Origin: a virus
Taxonomy: Duplodnaviria > Caudoviricetes
DNA length: 64,000 bases
IMG/VR virus record: IMGVR_UViG_3300021091_000011
Direction: 5' to 3' (one strand)
The notes beneath the pieces are model-generated. The model was not told the origin of the DNA and made no database searches. It worked only from the letters and a program-made list of their open reading frames with translations. A program made the position numbers and the translations under genes. Shown here piece after piece: positions 47,238-55,400 of this stretch. The first letter of the stretch is position 1, and each line of letters starts with the position of its first letter.

Positions 47238-49624
47238 TAGATCAACCCTAAAAGTTCGAACAGTAAACGATTAGGCCCACCCGCAACGACCACCATGCCC
47301 GCACCAAAAGCATCAGGCCCGTCAGACGGCTTGTTCGTCGAATTCACGAAGTTTGACAATACGCCGTCCGTGCCGTCACCCACGGTGATCAAAGCCGACA
47401 TAGGACTAATCGTGAACGCCGAAAGCGAACGCAATAACGCGCGGATTGTTTCTAGCAACGCCTGAAGTTGATTCAGACGCGCACGAATCGCTTGGATAGC
47501 CGCTTTGATCGAGTCAATAATGGATTGAACAGTCGATAGCGCGCTCGTTAGAAAACCCTCTACTACGTCCAACAGGTCCGTGATAGGCGTTACGTTCTGC
47601 CCGAAAATGCGAATCGCTGTCCAAGAACCGTCATTGGGCGAACGGGCCAGAATGCCCGCTGCGATACGAATGACGTCGGCTGCGGGCACAAGGAGGTTTT
47701 CGTTAATCGCCGTGTTTCGAAAAAACGTGATTTCATCCTCAACATCAAATTGAAGGTCATATAAAACAGGCGAGTTGTCGCAAGAACCCACGCCCATCTC
47801 AAAAGTATCAACGCCTTCGACGACGCCGTTTTTCACCATGAAACCTGGAGCACGGCGCGGTTCAGATATACCGAAATTAGTCGCGCTATCTACTAGCTTA
47901 GGATTCGCCCCCAAGCCTAATGCAGAATCTTTCGACTCTAACAGTTGCAAAAGCGATTGGTCCCGAAACCGATAGTCTAAGATCGGCTGCGCCTGATTTA
48001 TCACTAACGCCGCGAGTTCGTCCGACGGCGGGTTTTTTTGCACCAGATTGGCCGCAATCGCCGTGGACACGCTCAGGACTTCATCACGAAATGCATCGAC
48101 GTTTCTGAACTTCTCTTGGGCTGACGGCGAGGCCAGATTGAACCACTTGTAGCGCACGAGCATTTGGGAGATGAAATCTTCCAGATTTGTCTCGTTGCCA
48201 CTTGCGACGCGATTCACCGCGTAAGTGCTCGATGGTTTCAGATCCATGCGCGCCAAAATCGCAACGGCGACCGCAAGCCGAACCGTGTTGCGATATTCTT
48301 TGACCGCTGCACTCGGAAACGTCACGGACACGGGCGATGACGCGAGGCTGTAAAGATTCGCCCGAAGTTCGCTATTCGCCAAGCCCGTGTTCGCGTCGGG
48401 AAAGAACGTCTTGTTACTGCCAGAGTTTCTGACACCATCGGTCGAGAAGAAGAAAAGCCTAGCCGCTTTTCCATACAGCGGTATCGCATCACCGACATCT
48501 AAAACGCCGACGTTGAGCGTTTCTTCCATCAAGTCCGCTAAATCAGACGCCACGGCGCGCACCCGAATATAATATGAGCGCGTGTCGTCCACGACGCTCG
48601 CACTACCACCCTCAAACGAAGCGTGCTTGGGCAGCATATCCCGAGTAAACGTCGTGGTGAACGTCTGACCGGGCACTAACTTTGGGAACACGCCCGCCTT
48701 GACGTAATAGGCCGAACCCAATAGCAGGTCGTCGCCGTTCACGAGTTCCGAAGGCTTAATCAACGGCGACGTTTGATCGAGCCGGAAACGAAGTTGTTGC
48801 GTGCCCTTTTCGAGACTATCCCAATCTTGGCCCGAGTCGCCCGCACCGCAGACTCCGACACCACCGTAGACGTTCAAGACCTTGTTCGATTGCGGGTCCA
48901 GAGCGAGGTAAGTGCTTTTCGGAGGGTTTGGCGATGCCGAGTTTCCGTCGTCCGCAGTTTGGCTCACAACCTGTAAGCCCGTCGGCACCGTCGAAATCTC
49001 AACGATGAATCCAGCAGGCGCGGGCGCAAGCAAACCACTTACTACGCCCGCCACCTGCGAATACGACCACGTCACCACCAACTCGTCCGAGTCGTTGATT
49101 TCAGCCTTCGGCGCAGTCGGAGGCGGGAAAGACGTCGTGCCCGTTTTGTAAGGGCCAAACAAAGCCAATAGCGACGAAATAGCCTTGATTACTTTGCCGA
49201 TGTCGCCCGACGAAACGTAAAAGAAAACACCCGCCGTAGGCGTATTGGACGAAAAATCAGGACGATTGACGTCCGTGCGGTCCACGAACCGCGCAATCAT
49301 GCGCTGCTCGTAAGCCGAGTACCCGCCGACGACATCGGCAAATAGATTGCTAGGCGTCAATAAGGCGAAGTCACCCGCGATGTAAACGCCCGTGTTCGCC
49401 AAGTCGCTAATCAACGCGCGTAACTCGTCCAACAACGCTTCGACGATTGCCCGAATCGGGTCAATCAGGCCGAAGAGAAGCGATTGCATCACGGACAAAA
49501 CTAAGTCCGCGAGTTCGAGTATCGTAATCCCGAACTCTAGGATGCCGTCGAGCGTGTCTAAAATGCCGCCTAAAAAGGCGTTGGGGTCTAGTGTGAGACT
49601 AAACCCCTGCCACTCATCGGCCAC
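47237..49624 (-). CDS. Putative structural protein (795 aa)
   Basis: Helical N- and C-termini with an FN3-like middle (PTAPKAEINDSDELVVTWSY). Confidence 0.55.
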   Translation of the reverse strand: MADEWQGFSLTLDPNAFLGGILDTLDGILEFGITILELADLVLSVMQSLLFGLIDPIRAIVEALLDELRALISDLANTGVYIAGDFALLTPSNLFADVVGGYSAYEQRMIARFVDRTDVNRPDFSSNTPTAGVFFYVSSGDIGKVIKAISSLLALFGPYKTGTTSFPPPTAPKAEINDSDELVVTWSYSQVAGVVSGLLAPAPAGFIVEISTVPTGLQVVSQTADDGNSASPNPPKSTYLALDPQSNKVLNVYGGVGVCGAGDSGQDWDSLEKGTQQLRFRLDQTSPLIKPSELVNGDDLLLGSAYYVKAGVFPKLVPGQTFTTTFTRDMLPKHASFEGGSASVVDDTRSYYIRVRAVASDLADLMEETLNVGVLDVGDAIPLYGKAARLFFFSTDGVRNSGSNKTFFPDANTGLANSELRANLYSLASSPVSVTFPSAAVKEYRNTVRLAVAVAILARMDLKPSSTYAVNRVASGNETNLEDFISQMLVRYKWFNLASPSAQEKFRNVDAFRDEVLSVSTAIAANLVQKNPPSDELAALVINQAQPILDYRFRDQSLLQLLESKDSALGLGANPKLVDSATNFGISEPRRAPGFMVKNGVVEGVDTFEMGVGSCDNSPVLYDLQFDVEDEITFFRNTAINENLLVPAADVIRIAAGILARSPNDGSWTAIRIFGQNVTPITDLLDVVEGFLTSALSTVQSIIDSIKAAIQAIRARLNQLQALLETIRALLRSLSAFTISPMSALITVGDGTDGVLSNFVNSTNKPSDGPDAFGAGMVVVAGGPNRLLFELLGLI

Positions 49625-49838
49625 GCTTCGCCTCCAACTTATTCAGCGTGAGTTGAAGGTCCGTAATCTTGGCTTTATCCGCATCAATCTGAACCTGAAT
49701 GACCTGCTCTAATCGCTTGAACAGGTTGATCTCAGCGTCCAGACCCGCCTTGCGCTCCGGCTTTTCCTGCCAAGCGTCGAGCGGCACACCTGCTTCTCGC
49801 AAGGCTTTTTCGAGTTCTTCTTTAGTGCGGTACGCCAT
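49614..49838 (-). CDS. Small coiled-coil protein
   Basis: 74 aa; first gene after the late motif at 49854. Confidence 0.6.
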   Translation of the reverse strand: MAYRTKEELEKALREAGVPLDAWQEKPERKAGLDAEINLFKRLEQVIQVQIDADKAKITDLQLTLNKLEAKRGR

Positions 49839-49853
49839 ACATGATCGTACCGC

Positions 49854-49867
49854 GATAGCCGCGTTAG
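49854..49867 (-). promoter_or_regulatory. Putative late-promoter motif CTAACGCGGCTATC
   Basis: Identical to the copy at 5658-5671. An 8-bp hairpin (49827-49853) encloses the ATG. Confidence 0.6.
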
Positions 49868-50082
49868 GGCGTCGGGCTTGCCTTGACGATCACCTTGACG
49901 GTATCGACGGGCAAGATCACCGTCAGGCTTCGACGGATATCCCAATCCACCGAGAGATACGTCTGCCCATAGGACGAAGAAATCTCCCGCACCTTGCCTC
50001 GCGTGCCAGCGGGGATCGGATCGGGATCGTCGGGCATATCGACGAGTTCAATGGTATCACCAATCGAGATATCCGGTTCCAT
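49864..50082 (-). CDS. DUF4314-like protein
   Basis: IGDTIELVDMPDDPDPIPAGTRGKV...VDWD..RSL. Start revised to MEPDIS. Confidence 0.7.
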   Translation of the reverse strand: MEPDISIGDTIELVDMPDDPDPIPAGTRGKVREISSSYGQTYLSVDWDIRRSLTVILPVDTVKVIVKASPTP

Positions 50083-50290
50083 GAGGGGTCCACCTTTTCT
50101 TGAAAGTTTCAATGCACCGTTCAGCGTATTCACGGCTTGGCCGAGTACCCAAACAGGGTTCAAAGTCCTCGTCAGCCTTTCCGCATGGGCCTTTTACCGT
50201 GACCCAAGTGTAAAACGCCGAGTTAACTTTGCGACGGTCCCGAATGAGAACCGTGTAGCCGTCGCGCTCTAGCACGGTCCACGGCTTCAT
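50057..50290 (-). CDS. Hypothetical protein
   Basis: 77 aa, in a TGATG overlap with the upstream gene. Confidence 0.5.
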   Translation of the reverse strand: MKPWTVLERDGYTVLIRDRRKVNSAFYTWVTVKGPCGKADEDFEPCLGTRPSREYAERCIETFKKRWTPHGTGYLDW

Positions 50291-51078
50291 CAGCCCGCCA
50301 GAGCCTCAAGCGCACTCTCGCGCACCGTCACGTCCGCGTTCGTCGCAGCCGTGACCGCCGCACCACCCGCCTTCAGAATCCAGCCCGCGTTCGGGTCCAA
50401 GCGGTAACTCACGAACCGCGCGACGGGCAGCGTGGCGCGAATCGCGTCCTTTGCGACCGTCTTGGCACCGCTCTTCGTCGCGGGCGCAGGGCCGTTCGCG
50501 GCAGGCGTGATCACCTTGCTCCCGATGCTCAACCCGCTCAGGTTGATCTGACCGTCGATAGGCGCGCGGGCGTCACCCGTGCAGGCTCGGCATCGGCACT
50601 TGTGCGCCGTACCCGCCACACACTTGTAGACCCGCGCACCGCGCACCGTCTCCGACGGGCCGATCAGGTCGTCAATGACCAGCGGCTCGTACACATGGTC
50701 CGTGGTCGCCTCGTTCGTGCCGTTCAGCGTCTCCATGAACGACGCCACCAACTCGTCCCGCGCCGCTTGCGCGTCAGCCAGCGTCACCGCCCGCTCGACC
50801 GCGCTCTTGCCGCGACCGTCCATGCCCGTCTTGCCGTCGATCAGGCGGGCGAGGTCCGCGTCCGTCATGGCGACCACCTTGTCGAGCGACCGCTGGACCA
50901 AGCGGTCGTAGCGGAAGCCCGTCACGATCACGGTCAACACCGTGTCGTCGCCGTACACGACCCCGCCCTTCTCGACGCCCTGCTTCGTCGTCAGGAGAGA
51001 AGTGAAGGTCCCCTTGTTCGCGTTGGCGAGGGCGAGGGCGTTGGCGAGCGAAAGAGCGTTGGAAGAAACCGCGTTCAT
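50290..51078 (-). CDS. Hypothetical protein (island 3)
   Basis: GGAG SD before MNAVSS; contains CxxxxxxxCxCxxC. Confidence 0.7.
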   Translation of the reverse strand: MNAVSSNALSLANALALANANKGTFTSLLTTKQGVEKGGVVYGDDTVLTVIVTGFRYDRLVQRSLDKVVAMTDADLARLIDGKTGMDGRGKSAVERAVTLADAQAARDELVASFMETLNGTNEATTDHVYEPLVIDDLIGPSETVRGARVYKCVAGTAHKCRCRACTGDARAPIDGQINLSGLSIGSKVITPAANGPAPATKSGAKTVAKDAIRATLPVARFVSYRLDPNAGWILKAGGAAVTAATNADVTVRESALEALAG

Positions 51079-51128
51079 AAGGCACTCCAAAAAAGCAGGT
51101 AGAACCGTGAGCGACCGCCTATCGGCCC

Positions 51129-51171
51129 CTCACACCATCCAAACGGTCGGCACCGCCCGAAAAACCGAAAA
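51129..51171 (-). promoter_or_regulatory. Bipartite element, variant copy (spacer 1 nt shorter, GTGAG end)
   Basis: CTCACACCATCCAAACGGT...AAAACCGAAAA on the plus strand. Confidence 0.65.
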
Positions 51172-51183
51172 TCGGCAATCGAC

Positions 51184-51426
51184 TCAGAGATTGTTGGCCG
51201 CAGCCTCAATCTCTTCGGTGGGAACGCCGTCCCACGAGCGGCGGGGACGGAACCCCCGCGTCTCCTTGTACGAGTCCTCGTACTCGGAGATAGCGAGGAA
51301 CCGCCGAAGTTCCTCGCCCGAGTGGACCCCCATCGACGCCCAATGCGCCGCGTCCTCGACCATCTTAAAGATGGCGTTGTGCTTGGCGTTGATCTCGGCG
51401 GCGTACTGCGAAGCGGTCATGGTCAT
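51184..51426 (-). CDS. Small phage protein with YKETRGFRPR motif (island 3)
   Basis: AAGGAG SD. The D.YK...GFRPR pattern is common in small phage early proteins. Confidence 0.65.
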   Translation of the reverse strand: MTMTASQYAAEINAKHNAIFKMVEDAAHWASMGVHSGEELRRFLAISEYEDSYKETRGFRPRRSWDGVPTEEIEAAANNL

Positions 51427-51457
51427 GTTCGTTGCTCCTTGAAAGTGATTCGTTGTG

Positions 51458-51556
51458 CTTACACCATCCAAACGGTTCGGGACCGCCCGAAAAACCGAAA
51501 ATCGACGTCACTTTTTCGGTTTTTTCAGCCCGAATCAACCGTTTGGATGGTGTAAG
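51458..51556. promoter_or_regulatory. 99-bp bidirectional cassette
   Basis: Elements at 51458-51501 (-) and 51513-51556 (+); the core TCGACGTCACT is identical to the island 2 core. Confidence 0.75.
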
Positions 51557-51574
51557 CAATCTCAAGGAGCGAAC

Positions 51575-52462
51575 ATGGCGATCATCAACAAGTCTGACGG
51601 CACGGTTTCCTACGCGGGCGCGGTTCTTGCGATTGATTGCCGAACCGTCCGGATTATGTCGGACGTGTGGGCGAGCGAAAGTTGCGCCACCGTACTTTGC
51701 GACGACGGCGCAACAAAGGTCATCACGCTCGGGAACGACGAGTTTGGGTACGCATCAACCGCAGAGGTTGACGCGCCCCACGCGGTCATTGAAAAGTGGA
51801 AGGCCGCGCAGGAGCGCGCCCTTGCCGAAGAGATTGCGCGTGATCGAGCCTACCGCGCCGAAAACTACTGCACCCGCATCGAAGCGGGCCGCAAGGTGGT
51901 CGTCGTGCGTGGCCGTAAGGTCAAGGTCGGCACGAAGGGCACCGTCAAGACCGTGCGAAGCGGGGCTTATGGAACATCGGCGTTGATCGCCACGGACACC
52001 GCCGCTGTTTGGTGGATCAACATCGGCAATCTCGCCGTTGAACACGCGCTGCTCAACAATGGCGAGCCGATCAGCGGCGAAACTTGGGAGTCCGTTCAGG
52101 CGGCGATGATGGCCGAAGAGGATGCGCGCCTTGCCGCGATGCCCAAGAACGGCGACAAGGTTCGGCTCAAGTCCGACCCCTCGCGTCAGGGTGTGGTCTT
52201 TTGGGTACGCGGGGATCGCCTCGGTTTCAAGGAGGCTCCGACAGCCGACCCCGTGTGGGCGAACGCTTCTGAAGTCGAGGCCGTGACCGCCGACTTTACG
52301 ATTCCCGCAAATATCGCGGCGAGTCTGCCCGCTCCGTTCAATCGCCTGAGCGTGCTCAAGCCGGACGGCGATAAGTACGTCGCGCTCGACGAGAAGGGCC
52401 GCATGATCGCCACGATGCCTTTGACGAGCGCGATGGTGCTTATCGAGCGTGTCTCGATTTAA
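51575..52462 (+). CDS. Hypothetical protein with two SH3/KOW-like barrels (island 3)
   Basis: AAGGAG SD; AGRKVVVVRGRKVKVGTKGTV and NGDKVRLKSDPSRQGVVFW. Start revised to 51575. Confidence 0.65.
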   Translation: MAIINKSDGTVSYAGAVLAIDCRTVRIMSDVWASESCATVLCDDGATKVITLGNDEFGYASTAEVDAPHAVIEKWKAAQERALAEEIARDRAYRAENYCTRIEAGRKVVVVRGRKVKVGTKGTVKTVRSGAYGTSALIATDTAAVWWINIGNLAVEHALLNNGEPISGETWESVQAAMMAEEDARLAAMPKNGDKVRLKSDPSRQGVVFWVRGDRLGFKEAPTADPVWANASEVEAVTADFTIPANIAASLPAPFNRLSVLKPDGDKYVALDEKGRMIATMPLTSAMVLIERVSI

Positions 52463-55400
52463 CTTGCGGCTTCCAGCACGACGGTCGTAATCGTCGGACT
52501 TGGCAACGGCGAACCGCCGACCAACGTAAATGCGGACGTCGGCAAAGGCGCACCGCCCGCCAGCAAAGACCTCGGCGTGAGACTCGAAAGCCCGCCCCAA
52601 GGCCCAAGCCTTGAAGTCCCTGTGCTCGCATAGTCGATGATTTGAGCGACGCAGGCACCGTTACCGAAAACGCCAGGCGTGCCGTCAGGATTTACGGCAC
52701 CGCTAATCGCAGACGGCGGGACGTTATCGCCCATGCTCGCGGGCAAATCCCAAGTGTCGTCTTGAACGTCGCGCAAGTAGAGCGCGAAGTCCTGATTCAT
52801 GCCGAACCCGCCAGCGGGCACTTGTCCGCTTGGCCCACGCGCATTCGGGTAAGTGATCGCGCTATTGAGTTCGCCATTCGCAGGCGTCGGTCTACGTCCA
52901 CCCGCCGCAATAAGCGACACGCCGCCAAAGCGCATCGCACTCCCTCTAAACGTCGATGAACCCCTGAAAGGTCCAGCCGGACCATCTAGCACCGTAAAGG
53001 GATCGGTCGTAAAGCGACCGTCAATCTCGATTTCGGCCAAGCCCAAGCCCGGACCAGCGCCGTCGCAGAGAGAAGTCAGCGGTACGTCGTCACCGACCTC
53101 GTTTTGGCAAAAGTCCACGCTCGCGTACAAACTCGTCTGGTCATACGAGAACTGCACTTCATCGCCATTCGGCGTCGCCACGATGGACCGCGTGATTGCC
53201 CCATCCCGACTCATCGGTACAGGTGGCGTTCCGGCGTTGAGCACCGTGACGGTTTCGTCAATCGGGCGCGAACATTGATACGTCTTGGTCTGCGGTCGAG
53301 CAGGCGCAAACGTGACTTCAACCAACGTCCCGATTGCGACCGGATTTGCCAGCCTGATTTCTTGCGTGGCCGAATCAAACTGCCAGCCCGCAGCCGGAAT
53401 CGTCACGCCGTCGATACGGACCAAAAATACGCGGTCGCCGTTTATGGCCGAGTCGTTGACGAAAACCGATTGCGTGTCCCGAGCAGGTATCAACCGTACT
53501 TCGGGTGTCGCATCCAAGTTCCAATCACCCGACTTGAAGGTGATCGCCCTATTCAGCACCATGCCAGTTTGAGCGATGCCATAGCCGTAAGGCCGTGCGC
53601 GGACTCGATACGAAACGTCGTCCCAACGTGAGCGGGATACAGACTTAGGGTCGAGCGAACCAAAAGAAATCTCGCCTCGCGCCTGCGTTTGACGAGGCAA
53701 GCGTCGATACTCGACGTTAATCCACGCATCCGACGGATTGACCGTTTCGGTGATATATCCTGCCGCCGTCGATGTAGGCGGCAAGGGCAAATCAGGACGG
53801 TAGAAACTCGCGCCCCATGTGGGATCGACGTACAGCCGCAACTCGCACGTCGCCGTCCAATCCATTGCGATTGGCATAGCAAAAATCGACGAGTTAGGAT
53901 TGTTCGTGACGTCAGAGCGCGGGATGATATAGTTGTTTATGTCCGCAACGTCGCCGCCAAGCCAAATGCCGAACGTGCGGTCAATCGTCGAACCGATTAG
54001 CGCGACAGGGCGCAAAGGAACGACGGTGAACTCGTACCACTCGGTATCAACCGAACCCGCGCCATTGACGCCGAAAATCGCCGTAAAGTCCGTCGTAGTG
54101 GCCGAGAACAGCGACAAAGCAACGCTGCCCGCGAGTGCGTTGTCTACGAACACGGTCACTAGATCAGCGGTCGGGTCACAAACGATTCGATACTCGTGCG
54201 TGTCCCCATCCGTCCAAGTCACGCCCGCGATTGGCCCGAGTTTTACAACGCCGAGTTCATTCGTCAGCGTCAACGTATCGCCCGCACTAAATACCGCGCG
54301 AACGTATTGGGCCGTTGCAGCGCCCGTCTTGACCCGCGCCGCGATGTAGGCATTCGCCACGCCGCTCAGATTCTCAGCAGAGAACCGAGCGGTAAGCACC
54401 GCGCCTTCATGCCCGCAGGCAACAGACGCCGGAACAGTCTGCGTCCATTCAGGCGTCAACGCCGCAGGTTTGTTGATGCCGAGGCTTTGCCCCCACGCAA
54501 TCGGCGTCACCGCAACGCCGTTGGAAACCCAACCCTCGTCCTCAAGGGTTTGCAGGCCCGAGAAGAAGTTAGAAGGCAGGTCCGTAATCAAGCTGCGTTG
54601 GGGGTTTATGACGAAGCCGACAGGCTTTTTGTAGAGCAGATTCACGAGACGCACTTCGCGTGCGCCGTCCCTGATTCTTAGCGCGATATCACCCGCACCC
54701 AACGTCGCAGATTCGACTGTGGTGGTCGCTAAGAAGTTCGTCGTGACTTTGTTCGTGAGATGCGGCTCGACGCGAGAGTAACCAAACTCGAAATCGAGCG
54801 CGTTAGACCGTGCCGAGGAAGAAAGCACCAACTCGCCAAGCGACAAACTGCCCGCGCCGTAGCCGCCCGTGATAAACCACGGGTCCGTGGCATCTTCGGG
54901 CAGCACGGTCATATCGTCGGCTACATAGACGCCAGAAACGGTCTGCGTAAGTGCGATGGGGTTTGCGGCATACTGCGCTAAATCCCACGCCGATTTGTTC
55001 GCAGCCCTTCGGGAAATCGAACCGAAGAAATACCCGCCCGAAATGCTCGCCGGAATCAACAGTCCAGTTTCAGCCGGATACGCTGGCGCTTGGACCGAAC
55101 CAATCGTCCCCGATACGCGCCCGCTCAAATAGGCCGTGACGGTCCCATTCGGGAAGTCTACAATGGCCCGAACGCCATTGAAATCCTGAGCCAACCACGG
55201 TGTCTCGTAGAAAACCGTGAATTGCCCGCCACCGAACGAGTTAATGTTTGTCGGAAGGGCGGGCGTAAAAGTCAGGCTCACGCCTCCGTCCGTTTGTGCG
55301 ACGATGCCGCAGGACGAAATCGTGTAAATGCCCGCTTGAGGACCATCGGCTACTCGGAATCGTGAGCCGTAGCCCAAGCCGACCGCGTACTCTGCCGAAG

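Noticed and set aside
33036-51556. Bipartite repeats as a CRISPR or mini-array
   Set aside because: Copies are dispersed and inverted, the variable part is only 13 nt, and no cas genes are seen.
33082-51986. Long ORF calls through the cassettes (33082-33639, 33278-33658, 39795-40349, 51365-51565, 51432-51986, 51455-52462)
   Set aside because: The shared peptides such as LTPSKR and PFGWCK are translations of the DNA repeat. SD-preceded starts lie downstream of the elements.
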